Below the pieces are notes generated by a model. It was not told the DNA's origin. It saw only the letters and a program-made list of their open reading frames with translations, and searched no databases. Source: Elusimicrobiota bacterium (GTDB taxonomy: Bacteria > Elusimicrobiota > Elusimicrobia > UBA1565 > JACRDR01). Taken from it: 64,000 nucleotides of DNA. Both the position numbers and the translations under genes were made by a program. Position 1 is the stretch's first letter; the number at the start of each line of letters is the position of its first letter. Positions 60,400-64,000 of this stretch are shown piece after piece. The DNA lies in NCBI GenBank assembly GCA_041694815.1, contig JBGFSC010000034.1, positions 1 through 64,000 of the forward strand, in the 5' to 3' direction.

Positions 60400-61499
60400 T
60401 GGAATCTAAACCTCAGTTCGGCCGGCTCGAAATCGCTGGAGTCCACAGGTAGCGAGGCTTTTTCCGAAAGCTGCTGTTGCAGGGTCTTGACGCGTTCGGC
60501 GAAATCCAGGCGAATAAGGTGGATGTCGTGATCCTGTCCCATGAAGGCGAGCCGCCTGCCGTCCCCGCTAAAGGAGCCGGAAAAACGCAATTGGACCTCG
60601 CCTACTTCCTTCAACAACTTTCCCGTTTCCGCGTCCCAGACCGCCATGGCATTGCTCATGCGCCCGCCCACCGCGAGAAGCCTGGAGCCGTCCGGGCTCC
60701 ATTGCAGGGATTTCCACTCGCTCCGGAACTCGGGCGGCAAATCCAACGCGAGTGTTTTCTTCCAATCGGGCGAGACAAGCAGCTCCAACGCGCCGCCGGG
60801 GGCCGCGACGGCCAGCTTAGACCCGTCGGCGCTAAATTCCGCCTCCTCCACGGGAAGTTTGAGCCGCGCCAGGTTCCGCCATGGCTTGACCGGCCAGGGG
60901 GAGGAGAGATCGAAGCTGTCGATCGCTCCGCTTTTCTTGAGCGCGATGATCCGGGAGCCGATCAGGCGCGCCGCCAGGATGTCCTTGCCCGAAAAATGGG
61001 TGATCGGCTTCATCGATCCCGAATCCCAGACGAGCAGATGCTCGCTGCCGTAGGCGAGCATGTATCGACCGTCCGTGCTGAAGGAAAACTTCGGATCCGA
61101 GCCCGGATGCTTGATGGAGCCTCGCTCGATGTAGTCGACGGCGCTGTAGAGAGCCAAGGTGGCGATGCGGTCGACGACGATCCACTTTCGGTCCGGGCTA
61201 ATGAATGCCGCCTGGAACAGGCCCGTTTGCATGATGGGGCTGGTCCGGACGCCGCTTTTAGCATCCAGGACGAAGATCTCGCCGCGATAATTGCTCGCTA
61301 ACAGCGACATCCCGTCCAAGCTGAACTGCACCGTTTTGTACCCGCTCGATCCCGACGCCAAGGTCGAACTCTCCGGCGCGTCCCATTCGAAGCCGTGCGC
61401 CGGGAGTATGATCAGGGCGGCGCAGAGCGAGACTGCCAGAGCTCTCAGACGGAGCCTATTCGGAGGCGGAAACGAAGCCCTCGAGGATGACCTTTTCAA
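60396..61499 (-). CDS. Exported WD40 beta-propeller protein
   Basis: Signal-like LAVSLCAALIILPAHG; FSLDG/FSTDG/WSPDG/VWD repeats. Confidence 0.85.
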   Translation of the reverse strand: MKRSSSRASFPPPNRLRLRALAVSLCAALIILPAHGFEWDAPESSTLASGSSGYKTVQFSLDGMSLLASNYRGEIFVLDAKSGVRTSPIMQTGLFQAAFISPDRKWIVVDRIATLALYSAVDYIERGSIKHPGSDPKFSFSTDGRYMLAYGSEHLLVWDSGSMKPITHFSGKDILAARLIGSRIIALKKSGAIDSFDLSSPWPVKPWRNLARLKLPVEEAEFSADGSKLAVAAPGGALELLVSPDWKKTLALDLPPEFRSEWKSLQWSPDGSRLLAVGGRMSNAMAVWDAETGKLLKEVGEVQLRFSGSFSGDGRRLAFMGQDHDIHLIRLDFAERVKTLQQQLSEKASLPVDSSDFEPAELRFRFQ

Positions 61500-63846
61500 G
61501 GATGTCTCCGACCGCCTCGGGCACGGTGTGCAGGGTGGGCTCCAGGATATGCCGGGGGTAACGCTGAGCCACGTAACTCATCCCGGCGCCGACCCCGATG
61601 CCGATGACGCCCACCTGCTTGCTCTCGGCTCGGGCCAGGGCCTGGTCCATCCTGGCCGAGGCCGCCCCATTGCCCTCGCCGTCGGTGATGACGATCAGGT
61701 AGCGCCACTCGCCGCCCTGCTCCTCTAGGCCTTGGATGCCCTTTCCGCCCTGCAGGGCCATCATCACGGCCTCGGTGTCGTAGGTGGCGCCTCCGTTTTG
61801 GTTGGCGATGCTGTGCACGAGGCCCTTCTTCTCGTCATGCGTCAGCTTCTTGATATTGACGGGGTCCCCGCTGAACTCCTTAAAGAGCACCACCGAATCG
61901 GAGAAGCCCATGATGCTGTAATCGATGCCAAGCCGCTCGAGCACCTCCATGAACAGCACCGAGGTCTGCAGGGCCAATTCCATGCGTTCCCCGGCCATCG
62001 AACCGGAGACGTCGATGAGCAGGCGGAACTTGTAATCGCGCCGCGTGGGCAGCTTCTTGCGCTCGAAGACCTTGAAGTCGCGCGGCTGGGTCCAGCCCCG
62101 GCTTTCCGATTTGATCCATTTGCGGACGCTCACGCGCTGCCCGGTGCGGAAATATCCCTCCCAAGTCGTGCGCGTATTCTTTTGAAACAAATTCTCAAGG
62201 CGTCCCGTGAAGCCGTCGAGCAGAGGCTCGACCTTCGCCAGGGTCTCCTCGTAGGAATTTTTCGGCGAGGTGTGCCGGAGAACGCCCTCGTGCTGCTTGA
62301 GCAGGTCGGTGATGGACTCGAGGGTCTCGATGTCGCCGTCGTTGTTCTGGGCCGTCGCGCCGGGAGGGGCGTTGACGCGGTTCTTCCCCTCGCGTCCCCG
62401 CCGTCCGGGATCGAGCGAAACCGAGCTGTCCTTGCCTTGGCTCCGTTGCTGTTGCCTTTGCTTCTCCTGCTCCTCCCCCTTGCCGTGCGTCGGAGATAGT
62501 TTCTCATCGGCTTGCTTGGCGCGATCCTCGATGATCTTCTTGGCCTCCTCGTCGCTCATCCCCTCTCCGTCTTCCTGCTGCTCGCCCTCCTCCTCTTGGC
62601 CGCTGCCTCCGCCCTCTTGGTCCTGTTTCTTGTCCTTCTGGCCCTGCGAGCCCTTCCCGTCCTTGGAATCGTTCTTACCCGACTTCTCCTGCTTTTGATC
62701 GCGGGTACCGGGCGGCGGCGGTGGTTGATTCATGCCTCCGCTCCCGCCACCCCCACCTCCGTTTTGGCTTTGCTTGCCCTTCCCCTGTTTCTGCTGCTGC
62801 TGCTGTTTCTTGAGCTCGTCCTTGCTCTCTTCGACGAGCTTGCGATAGATCGGAAGGATATCGTTTTTTACCACCTCGAAACGCTTAAAGGCTTCACGGA
62901 TGCGGTCGTCCTCCGAAAGATTCCCGTTTTCCGGAGTCATGTCCCGAAGGCGCTTGAGCGCGTCCATGCTTTGCTCCATGGCCTCGCGCACTTTCTTGTT
63001 TTCGATCTTCTTGGGATCCGGCAACTCGTCTCCGGAACGGCCCTTATAAGCTCCGGTGCCGCGGTAGGACTCAAGGATCACCTTCAAATATTCTTCGAAC
63101 GGCAGCGGTTTCGCCATGGGAGGCGAGCCGTTCTTTTGCGCGTCCTTGCCGGCCTTCATCAATTTTTCCGGATCGTAATTTTTGATGAGGGCTTTCAAAT
63201 AATGGGGCAGCCCCGGCCAGCGCTTTCCCATCGCCTGCTCCTGATAGATGTCCTCGAGTAGATTGAAAAGGAAATGGTCCGCGGCGGGAAACTCGGAAGA
63301 GTCGAGCAACTGCTTATAATGAGGCAGCTGATCCCATCGGGTCCAGAACACGTGCCCCGCCTCGTGGGCCGCGCCGCCGATGAGCGGGTCGATATTGTCG
63401 AGATTCTTGACCACGTCATGGATGGGGAAGTAAACGGTTTTATTCTCGCGATCCGTCATCCACCAGGGGCCGACGCGGAACTGCACGCTTTCATCGCCAC
63501 CCATCGAGACGCCGATGCCTGAGAGCACGCTCCAGACCTCGCCCAATCGCTTGCGTACCTTCGGCCACTGGTCGCGGGGCACCTTTTGTTCCTGGAGGAA
63601 CGCTTCCAGGGCATCATCGGACTTCTTGGCCAAGACCTCCGAGGATTCCTCCTCCCCTTCCTCGCCACCCTCCGGCGGCGCCTCCTTGCCGTTATTCTCG
63701 AAGAGGGCGTTGAGAACCTGGCGAGCATTTTCGCCCGCGCGGAGGCGGAGCACATGCCCGCGCAGGTTGCGGTACTCGGCGCGCGCGGCCGCGGGGAGCA
63801 GCAGCGCGGCGCCGAGGAACGCCGCTCGTCGCGTGAGCGCGCTCAC
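61456..63846 (-). CDS. CobT-like protein: signal peptide, HExxH domain, Q/E/G/K linker, C-terminal VWA (MIDAS)
   Basis: TRRAAFL..ARA signal; AAHEAGH..LLEDIYQE; DVSGS, GGAT, ITDGEG. Confidence 0.88.
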   Translation of the reverse strand: MSALTRRAAFLGAALLLPAAARAEYRNLRGHVLRLRAGENARQVLNALFENNGKEAPPEGGEEGEEESSEVLAKKSDDALEAFLQEQKVPRDQWPKVRKRLGEVWSVLSGIGVSMGGDESVQFRVGPWWMTDRENKTVYFPIHDVVKNLDNIDPLIGGAAHEAGHVFWTRWDQLPHYKQLLDSSEFPAADHFLFNLLEDIYQEQAMGKRWPGLPHYLKALIKNYDPEKLMKAGKDAQKNGSPPMAKPLPFEEYLKVILESYRGTGAYKGRSGDELPDPKKIENKKVREAMEQSMDALKRLRDMTPENGNLSEDDRIREAFKRFEVVKNDILPIYRKLVEESKDELKKQQQQQKQGKGKQSQNGGGGGGSGGMNQPPPPPGTRDQKQEKSGKNDSKDGKGSQGQKDKKQDQEGGGSGQEEEGEQQEDGEGMSDEEAKKIIEDRAKQADEKLSPTHGKGEEQEKQRQQQRSQGKDSSVSLDPGRRGREGKNRVNAPPGATAQNNDGDIETLESITDLLKQHEGVLRHTSPKNSYEETLAKVEPLLDGFTGRLENLFQKNTRTTWEGYFRTGQRVSVRKWIKSESRGWTQPRDFKVFERKKLPTRRDYKFRLLIDVSGSMAGERMELALQTSVLFMEVLERLGIDYSIMGFSDSVVLFKEFSGDPVNIKKLTHDEKKGLVHSIANQNGGATYDTEAVMMALQGGKGIQGLEEQGGEWRYLIVITDGEGNGAASARMDQALARAESKQVGVIGIGVGAGMSYVAQRYPRHILEPTLHTVPEAVGDILEKVILEGFVSASE

Positions 63847-64000
63847 TTCGACTTCTCCTTGTCACCCTCGAGCAATTGCTTGAGCCTCCAGCCGACCCGC
63901 AGGGACGCCTCGTTGGCGTCGGGCTCCTCGACCCAATACTCCCAGTAGCGGCCCCGCACGGCGGGGCTGAGCATGTTGCGGCCCTGGTACTGCGGCGGGT
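63843..64000 (-). CDS. C-terminus of an AAA_5 (MoxR/midasin-type) ATPase, partial
   Basis: Manual translation PPQYQGRNMLSPAVRGRYWEYWVEEP..EKSK*; matches the (N)P..Y.GR..LSPA.R.RF sensor-I/arginine-finger segment; GTGA overlap with the VWA gene. Confidence 0.7.
   Translation of the reverse strand, partial: PPQYQGRNMLSPAVRGRYWEYWVEEPDANEASLRVGWRLKQLLEGDKEKSK

Noticed and set aside
62400..62820. CAG/GGC-rich low-complexity tract
   Set aside because: Coding Q/G/E linker of the VWA protein; no regular repeat unit

Overview
High-GC bacterial chromosome segment; the gene set is suggestive of Elusimicrobiota, but that is inference only. From left to right it contains: (1) the left end of an IS4-family element at the window edge, a 36-bp perfect inverted repeat, lhgO and rfbC; (2) the rpsB-tsf-pyrH-frr-uppS-cdsA-dxr-rseP-proS cluster, an AT-rich HNH endonuclease insertion and TIGR03546/TIGR03545-like genes; (3) rimP-nusA-infB-rbfA-truB-ribF; (4) secreted orphans and a GH63-like glycosidase; (5) a minus-strand reductive pyrimidine catabolism cluster (preT, preA, ureidopropionase, NCS1 permease, hydA) with a COG0523 GTPase and an aldehyde dehydrogenase; (6) an AAA_14/DUF4143 ATPase and tatA/tatC; (7) an 11-subunit complex I operon (nuoABCDHIJKLMN, no nuoEFG) headed by a bacterial histone gene and a MidA/NDUFAF7-type methyltransferase; (8) two response regulators; (9) a tRNA(CAT) whose 5' half is duplicated around a 1.1-kb hicB-hicA-rhomboid islet; (10) the end of an AAA_5 ATPase - HExxH/VWA - WD40 - WD40 operon whose VWA and WD40 proteins carry signal peptides. 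Best candidates for novelty: the histone-methyltransferase-complex I operon, the exported AAA/VWA/WD40 module, the 5'-half tRNA islet and a possible tatA-tatC +1 frameshift. No CRISPR array or rRNA was seen.
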